The translations under genes were made by a program, and so were the position numbers. 64,000 nt of DNA from Candidatus Magasanikiibacteriota bacterium. Its GTDB lineage: Bacteria; Patescibacteriota; Patescibacteriia; Magasanikbacterales; GWA2-37-8. The stretch lies in assembly GCA_016182085.1 (NCBI GenBank), contig JACOYB010000004.1:211923-275922 (forward strand). The letters are read 5' to 3'. Below the pieces are notes generated by a model. That model did not search any database. It worked only from the letters and a program-made list of their open reading frames with translations, and had not been told where the DNA came from. Positions within the stretch are counted from its first letter, which is position 1. Each line of letters starts with the position of its first letter. Of this stretch, positions 37,522 through 49,300 are shown one piece after another.

Positions 37522-38598
37522 ATGTCCATAGATGATTTAAAACAATTACAATCTAAAATACAATCCACCAAAAAACTTCTTAACATAGAAAGTCTGCAAA
37601 AAAAGATGGAACAGTTGGCGGAAGAAATGAACGCGCCTGATTTTTGGAACAACCAAGAAAATGCGCAAGCGGTTAGCCAGGATTATCAGGATATAAAAAA
37701 AGAAATAGATAAGTTTGAAGATTTGGAAAAAAGAATAAATGACCTGCTAGAATTATCGCAATCGCAAGACGAATCCTTGGCTAGTGAAATAGAAGATCAA
37801 ACCAAAAAATTGCAAAAAGAATTTGATGATTATGAATTTTTGGTTTTGCTTTCGGGGCCGTATGATAAAAGTAACGCAATTATTAGTATTCACGCCGGCG
37901 CGGGTGGTACTGAAGCGCAAGATTGGGCCGAAATGTTGTTGCGCATGATTATGCGTTTTGCGGATAAGATGGGTTGGAAAACCAGAATTTTAGACGAATC
38001 TCGCGGTGCCGAAGCCGGTTATAAATCGGTCATGTTAGAAATAAAAGGACGGTATGCGTATGGTTATTTAAAATCCGAACACGGCGTGCATAGACTAGTG
38101 CGCATTTCTCCATTTGATGCCGAAAAAATGCGCCATACCTCTTTTGCGCTTATAGAAGTTTTGCCAGAGCTGGATGATAAAGTAAAAATTGAAATTGATC
38201 CAAAAGATTTGAGGATTGATACATTTATGTCCGGGGGCAAGGGCGGACAAAGTGTAAACACTACTTATTCGGCGGTGCGGATTGTGCATATTCCTACCGG
38301 CATTTCTGTTTCTTGCCAAAACGAACGGTCGCAGCAGCAAAACAAAGATATGGCCATGAAAATTTTACAATCAAAATTAAATATTTTAGAAGAAGAAAAG
38401 AAAGCCAAAGAACGCCAGGAAATGCGCGGAGAATACAAATCCGCCGAATGGGGCAACCAAATTCGTTCGTATGTGTTGCACCCATATCATTTGGTAAAAG
38501 ATAATAGATCCGAATACGAATCTGCCGATCCGGAATCAGTTTTAGAAGGTGAGCTACTGCCGCTTAGCGAAGCGTATTTAAAGTGGATAAAAAGCTAG
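37522..38598 (+). CDS. prfB: peptide chain release factor 2, encoded without programmed frameshift
   Basis: SPF tripeptide motif (RISPFDAEKMRHTSFA) and GGQ motif (SGGKGGQSVNTTYSAVRIVHIPTGI). Continuous 358-aa ORF. Confidence 0.9.
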   Translation: MSIDDLKQLQSKIQSTKKLLNIESLQKKMEQLAEEMNAPDFWNNQENAQAVSQDYQDIKKEIDKFEDLEKRINDLLELSQSQDESLASEIEDQTKKLQKEFDDYEFLVLLSGPYDKSNAIISIHAGAGGTEAQDWAEMLLRMIMRFADKMGWKTRILDESRGAEAGYKSVMLEIKGRYAYGYLKSEHGVHRLVRISPFDAEKMRHTSFALIEVLPELDDKVKIEIDPKDLRIDTFMSGGKGGQSVNTTYSAVRIVHIPTGISVSCQNERSQQQNKDMAMKILQSKLNILEEEKKAKERQEMRGEYKSAEWGNQIRSYVLHPYHLVKDNRSEYESADPESVLEGELLPLSEAYLKWIKS

Positions 38599-38599
38599 T

Positions 38600-39256
38600 A
38601 TGGAAGTTTTAAAAGAATGTGATTTAGCCAAAATAGCTGTTTCCTTATTTGAAGGTAAGACTATTGTGTTTCCCACAGAGACTTCTTATGGTTTGGGATG
38701 TGACGCAACTAATCAAGAAGCAGTAGATAAAATTTTTAGCATTAAAGACAGGGCAGATGATAAGCCGCTTCTTATTGTAGTGCCAAGCGTAGAGATGGCA
38801 AAAAAATATTTGGTATGGAATAATACTATAGAAAAATTAGCCAAGGCGTATTGGCCAGGCGCTTTAACAATTATTGGAAAATATAACGCACCCCCGGCCC
38901 CTCTTTATAGAGGGGAATCGACAATCCCTCCTAAAAAGGAGGGTGGGGAGGTGTTGGCTAGTGGTGTAGTCTCAAAAAATAATACTGTGGCCGTGCGTGT
39001 CAGCAAACATGATTTAGTAAAGTTTTTAAGTGAAAGTTTGGGTAAACCGCTCGTGGCAACTTCGGCCAATATCTCTGGTGCCGGGGAAGTGTATAGCGGC
39101 CGCGCTGCCAAAATTATGTTTGCAGAAAAAGAATACCAGCCGGATATTATTTTGGATTACGGAGAGTTGGAGCACCGTCCTCCCACAACCCTGGTTGATG
39201 CAAGTAGTGATACAATTAATATCATAAGACAAGGCCAAGTAGAAATAAACATCTAA
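38600..39256 (+). CDS. tsaC: L-threonylcarbamoyladenylate synthase TsaC/YrdC with in-frame mini-element
   Basis: YrdC fold motifs (VFPTETSYGLGCDA, KPLLI, ATSANISG). The element at 38898-38943 encodes PLYRGESTIPPKKEGG. Confidence 0.85.
   Translation: MEVLKECDLAKIAVSLFEGKTIVFPTETSYGLGCDATNQEAVDKIFSIKDRADDKPLLIVVPSVEMAKKYLVWNNTIEKLAKAYWPGALTIIGKYNAPPAPLYRGESTIPPKKEGGEVLASGVVSKNNTVAVRVSKHDLVKFLSESLGKPLVATSANISGAGEVYSGRAAKIMFAEKEYQPDIILDYGELEHRPPTTLVDASSDTINIIRQGQVEINI
38898..38943. repeat. 46-bp double-hairpin mini-element inside tsaC
   Basis: CCCCTCTttataGAGGGG aatcgacaat CCCTCCTaaaaaGGAGGG. Confidence 0.75.
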
Positions 39257-39258
39257 AC

Positions 39259-40407
39259 ATGTTTTCCATAAAAATTAAAGGCTGGGTAGCTTGGATGGTA
39301 ATCGGCATGGGTGCCGTAATTTTTTCTATTATATTTTTGATCCAGTATATGGTCTCGGTGGCCGAAACCGAATCCATGAGTGTAATGACCTTATTTCAGG
39401 CAGATCTTATTTCCGGTTATCAACCAAGAGATAAAAAAGAGCCGATCAAAGTAAAGGGGGTATATCTTACGGCCTACTCGGCCGGCAGCGATAAAAAGTT
39501 GGGTTCAATCATTGATTTGATAAATAAAACCGAACTCAACGCGGTGGTAATTGACGTAAAAGATTATAGCGGCAAGGTGCTGTATGATTCAAAAGTTGCC
39601 TTGGTTGATGACTTGAAGTTGCAGGATGTTAGAATAAAAGACCCTTCAAAATTATTAGCAACATTAGATGATAATCATATTTATAAAATAGCCCGCATCA
39701 GCGTTTTTCAGGATCCAATTTTGGCTGAACGCAAACCCGAATGGGCCATAAAATCAAAAAAAGGCGGGTTGTGGCGGGATAAAAATCATCTAGCTTGGGT
39801 AGATCCGACTAATAGAGAAGTTTGGGCCTATGTGGTATCTGTGGCCAAAGAAACGGCGCGTTTGGGCTTTGATGAAATAAATTTTGATTATATTCGTTTC
39901 CCGACCGATGGCCCAATGGCCGATATTGTTTATACCAACGCCAATAATAAACGGTATGAAGTTGTTGAAAACTTTTTTAAATATGTTTCGCAGCAAATGC
40001 AAGGTGAATCAGTTTACATTTCCGCTGATTTGTTTGGACTTACTACCGAAAAAAAGGGCCAGGATGACATGCGAATTGGCCAGCGCCTCGCTGATGCGAT
40101 TTTATATTTTGATTATGTGATGCCGATGGTGTATCCGTCACATTACCCGAAAGGCTATCGCGGCTACAAAAATCCGGCAGACTATCCGTACGAAGTGGTA
40201 TATAATGCCATGAAAGCCGGAGCTACACAAGCCGAGGGTAAAAAAGCTAAACTCAGGGCCTGGATACAGGCATTTAATTTAGGGGCGGTTTATGATGGAA
40301 CCAAAATCCGCGCGCAAATAAAAGCGTCCGATGACGCGGGGGCTGAGGGCTGGGTCTTGTGGAATGCCGCCAACAGGTATACGGATGCGGGTTTGGAAAA
40401 GGAATAA
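39259..40407 (+). CDS. DUF4015/COG1306-like TIM-barrel protein (putative glycoside hydrolase) with N-terminal TM anchor
   Basis: VKGVYLTAYSAGS...LNAVVIDVKDYSG...WVDP...FDEINFDYIRFP pattern. Confidence 0.45.
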   Translation: MFSIKIKGWVAWMVIGMGAVIFSIIFLIQYMVSVAETESMSVMTLFQADLISGYQPRDKKEPIKVKGVYLTAYSAGSDKKLGSIIDLINKTELNAVVIDVKDYSGKVLYDSKVALVDDLKLQDVRIKDPSKLLATLDDNHIYKIARISVFQDPILAERKPEWAIKSKKGGLWRDKNHLAWVDPTNREVWAYVVSVAKETARLGFDEINFDYIRFPTDGPMADIVYTNANNKRYEVVENFFKYVSQQMQGESVYISADLFGLTTEKKGQDDMRIGQRLADAILYFDYVMPMVYPSHYPKGYRGYKNPADYPYEVVYNAMKAGATQAEGKKAKLRAWIQAFNLGAVYDGTKIRAQIKASDDAGAEGWVLWNAANRYTDAGLEKE

Positions 40408-40416
40408 TAAAAAGTT

Positions 40417-41637
40417 ATGCCTGATGACAGAAAGACTAAACTAGAAAAGAACCTATTTAAAATTTTTTTCATCAACGCCCTTCTTAATGTAAAGATGATA
40501 AACGTTATCATTTCTTTGTTTTACGTTTACCGCAGTTTAACGGTTCCGGATATTTTTTATTTAGGTGTTGTATATTCGGCGGCAGTGGTTTTAAGCGAAA
40601 TACCATCCAGTTATTTAGCTGATAAATTTGGCCGAAAACGCACTGTAATTATAGCTACTTTTTTTGGTTTATTGCACTGGGTGTTTTATTTGATTGCCGA
40701 CTCATTTTTACTTTTTGCCGTGGGCACGATATTTTACGCTTTGGCAGAATCATGTATGAGCGGCACCGATGAAGCTTTTGTTTATGATACTAATAAAGAG
40801 TTAGGCAACCAAGGTTCTTCTTTGCAAAAATTAAGCCATTATTTTTCCTCTGAGCGTATTTTTAAAATTGCCTCCGCTTTTTTAGGAGCTCTTATTGCCA
40901 AAGATTTAGCGCAATGGCAGTTTTCTCTGGTGATTATGGTAGATATTATAGCAACGCTTGTGGCAATAGTTTTTGCTTTTACGCTGGTTGAACCGAATCA
41001 TTTTATGGATGTAGAAAAACAAGAAGCCGGTCTGATAAAGGATGCGTATAAAATTTTATCTAAAGATAAGCGTTTATTATTCGCGATTTTTAATAAGTGG
41101 ATTGTGGCTATTATGGCCATGACCTGCTGGCGTTATTCCGCAGTTTTATTTATTGATAATCTGGGTGTGTCAATTATTATTTTCGGTATTGTTTGGAGCG
41201 CCTATCACGCGGTAGTTTTTGCCGGTAATTATTTCGGCCATTTTTTATGGCCAAATAAGGAAGATACCTTTAAAATTAATATTTTAAATATTCTATTTTC
41301 AATTTCTTTGGCCATATTTCTTATGAGCTGGTTTTTTGCTCCAGAAAAATATATTCTTTTTGGTTTATATACCATCGTGCTTATCACCAGCGCCTTAAGA
41401 GACCCCTTCTTTTCTCATATGTTCAATAAGCAGTTTAATTCTTATAATAGAGCCACGGCCTTATCTTTAGCTAATTTTATTAGGTATGTATTTGAGATTC
41501 CATTTTTGCCCATCATCGGCTTGCTTGTTAGTATAAATATTATTTATCCATATGTAGTCGCTTTAATATTTGGGTTGTCTGCCATTTTTTATTTCCGAAT
41601 TAAAGAAGAAAAAGTATATGAATCAAAAACTGTTTAA
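40417..41637 (+). CDS. MFS transporter
   Basis: Twelve hydrophobic segments. MFS signature-like loop SYLADKFGRKRTVII after TM2. Confidence 0.7.
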   Translation: MPDDRKTKLEKNLFKIFFINALLNVKMINVIISLFYVYRSLTVPDIFYLGVVYSAAVVLSEIPSSYLADKFGRKRTVIIATFFGLLHWVFYLIADSFLLFAVGTIFYALAESCMSGTDEAFVYDTNKELGNQGSSLQKLSHYFSSERIFKIASAFLGALIAKDLAQWQFSLVIMVDIIATLVAIVFAFTLVEPNHFMDVEKQEAGLIKDAYKILSKDKRLLFAIFNKWIVAIMAMTCWRYSAVLFIDNLGVSIIIFGIVWSAYHAVVFAGNYFGHFLWPNKEDTFKINILNILFSISLAIFLMSWFFAPEKYILFGLYTIVLITSALRDPFFSHMFNKQFNSYNRATALSLANFIRYVFEIPFLPIIGLLVSINIIYPYVVALIFGLSAIFYFRIKEEKVYESKTV

Positions 41638-42523
41638 CGAAGATTATCTAAAACATCTCTGCAAACAATATGGCCTTGTCCCTTCCAAAAAATATGGACA
41701 GAATTTTTTGATAAATCCGGAAGTGGTGGAAAAAATGGTGGAAGCGGCTGAAATAAAAAAAGACGACATGGTTATAGAAGTTGGCCCGGGTTTTGGCGTG
41801 CTTACATTTGCTTTGGCCGAATATGCAAAAAAGGTATTGTCTTTTGAAATTGAAAAAAAATTAGAACCTTATTGGCAAGAACAAGTTGACCAGCATAAAA
41901 ATATAGAAGTAGTTTGGGGAAATATATTATACGAATTTAAAGGCGATGGATTAAAAGCGGGGGAGTACAAAGTAGTAGCAAATCTGCCGTATCAGATTAC
42001 CTCGCATGTAATTAGAAAATTTTTGGAGATGGAAAATAATCCAGACATATTAGTTTTGATGGTGCAAAAAGAAGTGGCCGAAAGAATTTGCGCGCCGGCG
42101 GGGGAAATGTCGGTGTTGGCTGTGTCGGTTCAATATTACGGCGAACCGGAAATTGTTACGCTTGTGCCAAGGTCGGATTTTTGGCCGGCTCCGGCGGTAG
42201 ATTCGGCGGTGATAAGGATTAAGATAAAGAATCTAAACTGTCATTCTGAACGGAGTGAAGAATCTCTGTCTCAATCGACGAACGGACAGAGATCCTTCGC
42301 TAAAGCTCAGGATGACAAGTGTGTTGACCCAGTATCCTTTTTCAAAATAGTAAAAGCCGGGTTTGTTAGCCGCCGCAAAATGCTTATAAAAAATTTGAGC
42401 GCAATAGCTGACAAAAACAATTTACGCGCTATTTTTCAAGAACTAGGCATAGATGAAAAGGTGCGGGCGCAGGAGTTGAGTGTGGAGCAGTGGCAACAGA
42501 TAGTCGCCAAATTGTCGCCCTGA
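41618..42523 (+). CDS. rsmA: 16S rRNA (adenine1518/1519-N6)-dimethyltransferase RsmA/KsgA with in-frame palindromic element
   Basis: KKYGQNFLINPEVV and VIEVGPGFGVLT motifs. The element at 42240-42316 adds ...NCHSERSEESLSQSTNGQRSFAKAQDDKC.... Confidence 0.85.
   Translation: MNQKLFNEDYLKHLCKQYGLVPSKKYGQNFLINPEVVEKMVEAAEIKKDDMVIEVGPGFGVLTFALAEYAKKVLSFEIEKKLEPYWQEQVDQHKNIEVVWGNILYEFKGDGLKAGEYKVVANLPYQITSHVIRKFLEMENNPDILVLMVQKEVAERICAPAGEMSVLAVSVQYYGEPEIVTLVPRSDFWPAPAVDSAVIRIKIKNLNCHSERSEESLSQSTNGQRSFAKAQDDKCVDPVSFFKIVKAGFVSRRKMLIKNLSAIADKNNLRAIFQELGIDEKVRAQELSVEQWQQIVAKLSP
42240..42316. repeat. GTCATyCTGAAC-family palindromic element, copy I, in-frame in rsmA
   Basis: GTCATTCTGAACGGAGTGAAGAATCTCTGTC...GACAGAGATCCTTCGCTAAAGCTCAGGATGAC. 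Confidence 0.75.
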
Positions 42524-42546
42524 ACCAAATGAAGAATTACTTTCGT

Positions 42547-42616
42547 TGTCATTCCCGCCAAAGCGGGAATCCAGCCAAATCAACAATTGTCTGGATTCCC
42601 GTTGTTATGGGAATGA
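42547..42616. repeat. GTCATTCCCGC-family palindromic element, copy C
   Basis: GTCATTCCCGccaaagCGGGAATCCAG...CTGGATTCCCGttgttatGGGAATGAC. Followed at 42640-42672 by a right-arm fragment of the second family. Confidence 0.8.
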
Positions 42617-42738
42617 CAACAAAACGGATAGGGATCCTTCGCGCCGCTCAGGATGATTCGCCGTGGGCGAATCACTTATCCCCATTATTTTTTTACTTTG
42701 TTTGTGTTATACTACAGTTACTTTAACCGATTGTTCGT

Positions 42739-43329
42739 ATGCCAGAGGAGCAAGATGAGAGACGGCTCTCTAAGGAACAAAAGACGGGCATAATTTTGCT
42801 CTCTATTTTTGCTGTATTTGCGATTGGTCTCGGATTTTTACAGATACGCAACACCATGTATGCGCCGTTTGCGCTCAATAATAAAGTTCCGTATGTAGTC
42901 AAAGATGATATAGAAACAAACGAAGCATTAATGTATCGCGACACAGATAAAGACGGCCTTAATGATTTTGATGAATTGTACGTATATATCACCAGTCCGT
43001 ATTTAGCTGATACCGACTCCGACGGTATAAATGATAAAACCGAAATAGAAAAAGGATCAAACCCAATTTGTCCGGAAGGCCAAGTTTGTTCCGAAGCAGC
43101 GCTAAGCGGCGATACGCTCCCCAACACCACACCAATCGCGTCGGCCAGTTCAACATTGGGGCCGCCGCCTTCGGCTGAAGAATTAGAAAAAATCTTAAGT
43201 AGTCCGGCCGAGACTCGCAAGATGCTGCTGGCCGCGGGCTTTGATAAAAAGATTTTAGATCAAACATCCGACGAGGAATTAATGAAGATGATCAAAGAAA
43301 TTTTAAGTTCTACGAGTACTCAATTTTAG
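42739..43329 (+). CDS. membrane-anchored protein with two thrombospondin-type-3-like Ca-binding repeats
   Basis: N-terminal TM segment. DTDKDGLNDFDE and DTDSDGINDKTE repeats. Confidence 0.5.
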   Translation: MPEEQDERRLSKEQKTGIILLSIFAVFAIGLGFLQIRNTMYAPFALNNKVPYVVKDDIETNEALMYRDTDKDGLNDFDELYVYITSPYLADTDSDGINDKTEIEKGSNPICPEGQVCSEAALSGDTLPNTTPIASASSTLGPPPSAEELEKILSSPAETRKMLLAAGFDKKILDQTSDEELMKMIKEILSSTSTQF

Positions 43330-43355
43330 TATGTTAGTTGCCAGTTTGGCGTAAT

Positions 43356-46300
43356 ATGACAAAGTTTCAAAAATTCGGAATAAAATTCTTGTTAGCAGTA
43401 TTTACCTTTATCACAATCGGCGGATCTTTGTTTTATGCTCGTCCGGCTCAAGCCTTTCCCGTAGAAATTACCTGGGATCCGGGCTATGTTTGGAGTGTAT
43501 ATAAAAGTTTTATAAAAGACGCGGCCGTAAGTATCAGCATTCAAACTTTTTCTTATTTTTTACGCCGAGTCGCGTATGATTCGGCAGTTTGGCTGGCTTC
43601 CGGAGGAAAGGGGCAGGCATCTTTTGCGTATGGAAAAAACTTCGGTGATTATTTAAAAGACGTGGGTGATAGCGCCGCGGGTGTGGCCATTGAAGCTTTG
43701 GGCGAAGACTTTGGTTTTAATTTATGTAAGATTCCGGACCCAAAAATAGATTTGGCTATGCGTATCGGGCTTACGCATAAATTCATGGATTTAAAGCCGG
43801 ATTTAAATACCGGACCGGGAGTGCGCGAGCCAACTTGTACCTGGTCAACATTTCAAAACGACGTCTTAAGCGTGGATAATTGGCAAAGCCAGTTTGGCAG
43901 CTCCGATAGTATAGCTCGTAAATTTAACGTGGCTTTTTCCGTAGAACAAACAGATATTGGTATCTTGCGCGGCGCTACAGATAAGATCAATCAATATGTG
44001 GCAAAGAAAATTGAAGCCGAGACGCTGCAAAGACAAGAAGGGGATGGCTATTTGCCTAAAACCACGCTTATTTCCGGAGATATTCTTACTCCGGGCAAAA
44101 ATATTTCCGAAGAAGCCCAAGCGCAGAATCCTAACAAACAAACCGAGTCAGCTCAGGCTGGATTTTTATCTACTCTTGGCACGGGCGCGGTCGGCACGAT
44201 TGCCAGCGCCGGTTCGATATTTTTTAACACCTTAGCTTCACAAATGTTAAAAAATTGGCAGAATAAAGGCATGCTGCCGTTTGGTATTGGTTGTGTGGCT
44301 GGCGTGGGTACCGAATGTAAAGATTTGCAAGATACGTTAAGTGATTTACAGGGACAGGTTTCTCGCGGCGGCAGGCAGGCCGCGCAGGCTTTGTTTAACG
44401 ATCTCTTAACGCCGCCAAATATCGCGGTTGATCAGTATAATGTTTTAGTAAATTTTACCAATTGTCCTACCAGTCCCGGTCCGGATAATTGTGTGGCGGA
44501 TGCCGGTTTGGCCCAGGCCGCTCAAGAGGCAAATTCTGGCCGCACCGTTACGATCGCTGAAGCTTTAGAAAAAAATTGGCTTCATAGTGAGTGGAGGTTA
44601 GTTTCTCCGGATAGGGTAGCCGATAATGTAGACCCAAGCTGTCACCAGCGAGCATATTGTTATGCCAATATCGCCAAACTGCGTAAAGCGCGAATTTTGC
44701 CGCTTGGTTTTGAAATCGCAGCCTTAAACAGCAACCCGGATCAGCCATGGACGCTCAAACAGGTTGTAGACGGATTTAACGATTGTAATTTTATTAGAGA
44801 TGTAAATGGTAATGTGGTGGGAGTTGAAAACGATCCGGTCAATAAACCGTTCTGTAGATTGATTGATCCAAATTGGGTCTTGAAAGCGCCGCCGTCAAAG
44901 TGTAATTTCCTGGCTTATGGAACCAGTCCGTATTTTTCCGGTACGCCAAATCGTATTCAGGAGTGTGTAAATATGAGTACCTGTGTGGCCTATGATAAGG
45001 ATGGAAATTGCGCCACGCAAGGATATTGCACCCGAGAAAAAAATGTTTGGAAAATAGACGCGGCTAAATGTGATTCGCAAAATCGCACCTGCCGTACATT
45101 CCAGGATAGTACCGGCAAGACCGTAAGCTATCTGTACAGAACCTTGGATACCGGTTTTTGTAATCAAGATACCGTAGGTTGCGCCGAGTATAGTTTAAAG
45201 CAAAATACTGCCGGCAATTGGATTGGATACGCGGAAAATGATCTGGGCTCTTTAGGAGAAAATTCTTCCGTTTACTTTAATAATAAAGTTTCCACCAACT
45301 GTTCATCTAATTCAGACGGATGCTCTTCTTTCCAGGTGGCCAACAGTTCAGAAAAATTATATCTCAAAAAAGCGCCATATTACTCGCAGTGTTATGATAC
45401 CGATCAAACTACCGCAGTTATAGATTGGCCGCGAACCGCCAGCGATTTAAACAGGCTCCCAAATAAACCAGCCTGTAACAATTATTCTCAGGCTTGTATT
45501 GAGAGTGAAGTAAACTGTAATTGGTACGCGCCAAGCAGTTACACTGGCGATGCTATTCCGGGTAAGTTTACGCCAGCGTCGGTAAACGAAGGTCAGATAG
45601 TTTGGAATGATCAGTGTGATGCCAGGTGCGTAGGGTATGCCGCATACAGGGAAATGCCAAGCAATTATTCCAACGGTCAACCTGTTTCTTACGTTATTCC
45701 TTCATCCGGCAATTCCTGTAGCGCCGCAGATGAGGGCTGTGCCAGCTTTACAAACCTCGGCACAACCGAAGGCGGTTTGGAAAAAGTTGAGCACTATTCT
45801 TATTTGCGACCTTGTATTTTGCCCGACACCACTAAACAAAAGACATTCTATACATACGAAGGATCGGCTGTGGGCGGTTTCCAACTGAAGAGTTTTATTT
45901 TAGAAAAAGATACGGATGGCAGTCCTAAATATTTTTATCGCACTGCCGATGATTTGGCTACGTATGCGGCTACTTGCAGTCAAAACCTCTATCAACAAGG
46001 TTTAGCCAGTCCGGATTGCCGCCAATTTAATGATGATCAAGGGGCTGTATATTACAAATTATTGTCAAAGACTATCGCGGTTGCCAGTAACTGTACGCCA
46101 TTTAGATTAAATGATACCGAACTACACGATGTTGCGTTAAATGAAGTCAATTGTTTGGCGCAAAGAGGAAAATGGGATGCAGCTGCCGGAAGTTGTCAGG
46201 TATGTTTCCAAAACGGAGAATACAGAGACGGCGAGTGTTTCTATTATGGCCTGCCCGGAAATACGCCTAATACGGCCGGTACCAGCAAACCATGCGCCGC

Positions 46301-49300
46301 GGCGGCAAATACCTGCCGTGCTTATAAAGGAAACACCGGCAACAATGTCCGTAATATTTTTACCAATAATTTTGAACAATCGGTCGCGTCCGATGCTTTA
46401 GCCGGCTGGGGACCATCTTCGGATATCGCGCAATCACTTGAATCAACCCGGTCCGGAGAACATTCCTTGTCATATAATGGCACAGGCGCAGTATACAAGG
46501 ATATAGTATTAACTCCAGGTGAAAGTTATGATCTTACGTTCTGGGCCAAAGGAGCGGTGGGAGAAACAGTTACAGTTACTTTAGAAAATAATCAAGTTTC
46601 TAATTTAGGCACAATCAGTGTCGGCGATGCTTGGCAAAATTATCACCTCGGTCCAGTAGAATTAACCGGAAATGTTTCCAGTACCAAATTGCAATTTGCA
46701 GTTAACGGCCGGTTGTTCCTGGATAATGTTCACCTCAAAGAAGTTACCGATTTTATCTATCTTGTTAAAAATTCCCTTAGTGTTGATCCGGTTTGTGATA
46801 GCAATCTAAACGATAATTTACCGGGCGAAGCCTTGGGTTGTTCGCAGTATCAGACCCCGGATAACAGGCCAATTTATTTAACCGGTTTTACTTCGCTGTG
46901 TCGTGAAAAAGCAATCGGTTGTACGGCAGTATATGATACGCGCAATACGCCGGATGAAGTCGGCCCACGAGCGTATAATGTTTGGCTATCCGGGCCGGAA
47001 GGTCAAAGTACCAGCCGAAATATTGTTGGCACGGAATATAGATGCCAGGTTGCGCTTGGTCAAAAAGGTTGTTATGTACATGTAACCGGCGCAAATTTAA
47101 GCTCTATAGTTGCCGGCGGAGGCGCGATAGTTACTTCAACTATATACGTGCAGCCAGATTCGCCAACTACCACGCCTCTATATTTAGTAGCTAGCCGTGA
47201 AGCGACCTGTAGTCCGGTTGATTTAGGCTGTACGAAAGCCGGAAAACTAGTACAGACTCCAACCGGCCCAACGTATACCGAGGTAACAGTTAAAAAAGAT
47301 CCAAGCAGCTTTAATACCACGCTTTGTCAGCAGGAAGCGGTCGGTTGTAACGCATACTCTTCAAGCGATGGGGCGCTGTACTTTAAAGATCCGCAGTATT
47401 TAGGTCAAAAAGTTTGCGCTTACAGAGATAACGTAACTAAAAACGGTGTTAGATATAACGGTTGGTTCTGGAAAGGCGTAGGCAAGTGTGGCGCCGGAAA
47501 CGCCAGCGATCCATTCTGCACCAAAGACAGCGATTGCGCGTCCGGAGTTACCTGTAATCAAAAAGATGAACAGCCATGCTATCCAAATTATTTGCAATCC
47601 GGAAATAACTATGGCCTGTGGTCTTATGGCGTAAGCAGTTCATATAATAATTTTGTCGGTGAATGTCCGGCTACCCAAAATGGCTGTACGGAATTTATAG
47701 ATCGCAATGAAAATAATAAGACCTACTATCTTATCAATGATGATAGATTAAAGACACAGCAAACCGAATGTAATGGACAGATCAGTGAAAAAAACGGCTG
47801 TATTCTGCTTGATAGAACTGATTCACCAAACAAATTATGGAACACGGCCGCTTCCTATGCTGTCAGCGCGGGCCAAAATAATAATTTGGTGGCGCCAGTG
47901 GCTGGAACAGGCACAGTGACAAATGATGCCAATGTTATTTTGAAAGTTAGTAGAGATAGAGAATGTGGAGAATGGCTCCAATGCCGCTCTTCGCATCGTG
48001 TCTTCGACACGCAATCGGGCAGCTACAAAGAAGTTTGTGACGCCATCGGCCGCTGTAATAAATCTTCGGATTCATACAGCAACGCTGACTTCATCAATTG
48101 CTCCAATTGGCTTGATAATAATCACGAACTCAGCAATCAGATTTTAACTGATGACGCGTACCGCAATCGCAATACCACTTGGAAAGGTCAGGACTTTAGC
48201 GGTTACAGTATTTTAAATACGTTCCCGATTGAAGAATTGTCAGAAGTAAATGTGGGCAACGCTACGGCGGCCGATTGGCGTTTGGCCAAGACGCTCGCTT
48301 GCGGCGGAGGTCCTAACTGCAGATCTGCCACCGACCCTAATAGTCCATCTTGCGGATTAACCAGTGTTGGGTTGCCATGCGGTCGCAATAATGCCGGTGT
48401 TTGTTTGGGTTCGGTAAATCCAGTTTGTGTCCAGGATTTAGACAGTCCGGTTGTTGGTGTTCCTCGTCAATCCATAGCGCCAAGTTGTCGCGCTTATCCG
48501 GAAGAAACTTCGCCATTCCCAAATAGCCAAGCTATCAGTGATTCGCTGGCATTTAATTCGGTAAATACCTGTAACGAAACATCTGGATTTAGCACCGATC
48601 CGGGTAAATATAACAGCTGTGAATGTAATTACACCAAAGTTACGTATGGAGACGCAGTCACCAAATATTGGAATTTCAAAAATCCGAACAATGAGGGTAT
48701 CTTGGATACCAATAATCAAAATATACAAGGCGTGGTAAGTGGAATTTGTGTTGGCGGAGATAGTGCCGACCGGGCTTGTGATTCAGATAGTGATTGTACC
48801 GGTGGCAGCTGTCAAAAATTAAAGAAACAATCCCGCCTTATCGGCTGGCAAGGCTATTGTATTGAATATGATTATTCCAGACCGCTCAATGCCGAACAAA
48901 ATAGTTTTGCTTGTTTAACTTGGTTCCCGAAAGATAATATTACTGGCGCGTTTGATATAAACAATCAGCATGTGGAGGCAGGGTTCCAGGCGACCGAAAC
49001 AAACGGTAAATATTACTGCTTGGAAGCAAAAGGTTATCAGGAAACCAATAGCAATCCAGCTGTAAATGGTAGCGGCGCGCTTACATATAACAGATTTTTG
49101 GGTGGTGGAAATATTTCTAAACCGGGTTCTAGTGATGATCCAGCTGATCCAGATAGAGCTAAGAGAGTTGTGGTTGCTGACCCAGCCAAGCCAATTTATC
49201 GGGATGAAATTGATTATATATTAGTATCTCCCGTAGGCGGTGGCGGTAGTTGGTTCCCAAATACTTCACAATCCTTCTATATTAGAAATGGTCTTATTAC

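Noticed and set aside
37522-38598. Programmed +1 frameshift in prfB
   Set aside because: RF2 is encoded by one continuous frame with no CTT-TGA-C shift site. TGA is used as an ordinary stop in this window (e.g. purB), so there is no sign of the UGA recoding seen in some CPR lineages.
42490-42726. ORF 42490..42726 (78 aa) as a gene
   Set aside because: The reading frame runs entirely through a palindromic repeat element copy and a repeat fragment. It overlaps the rsmA stop.
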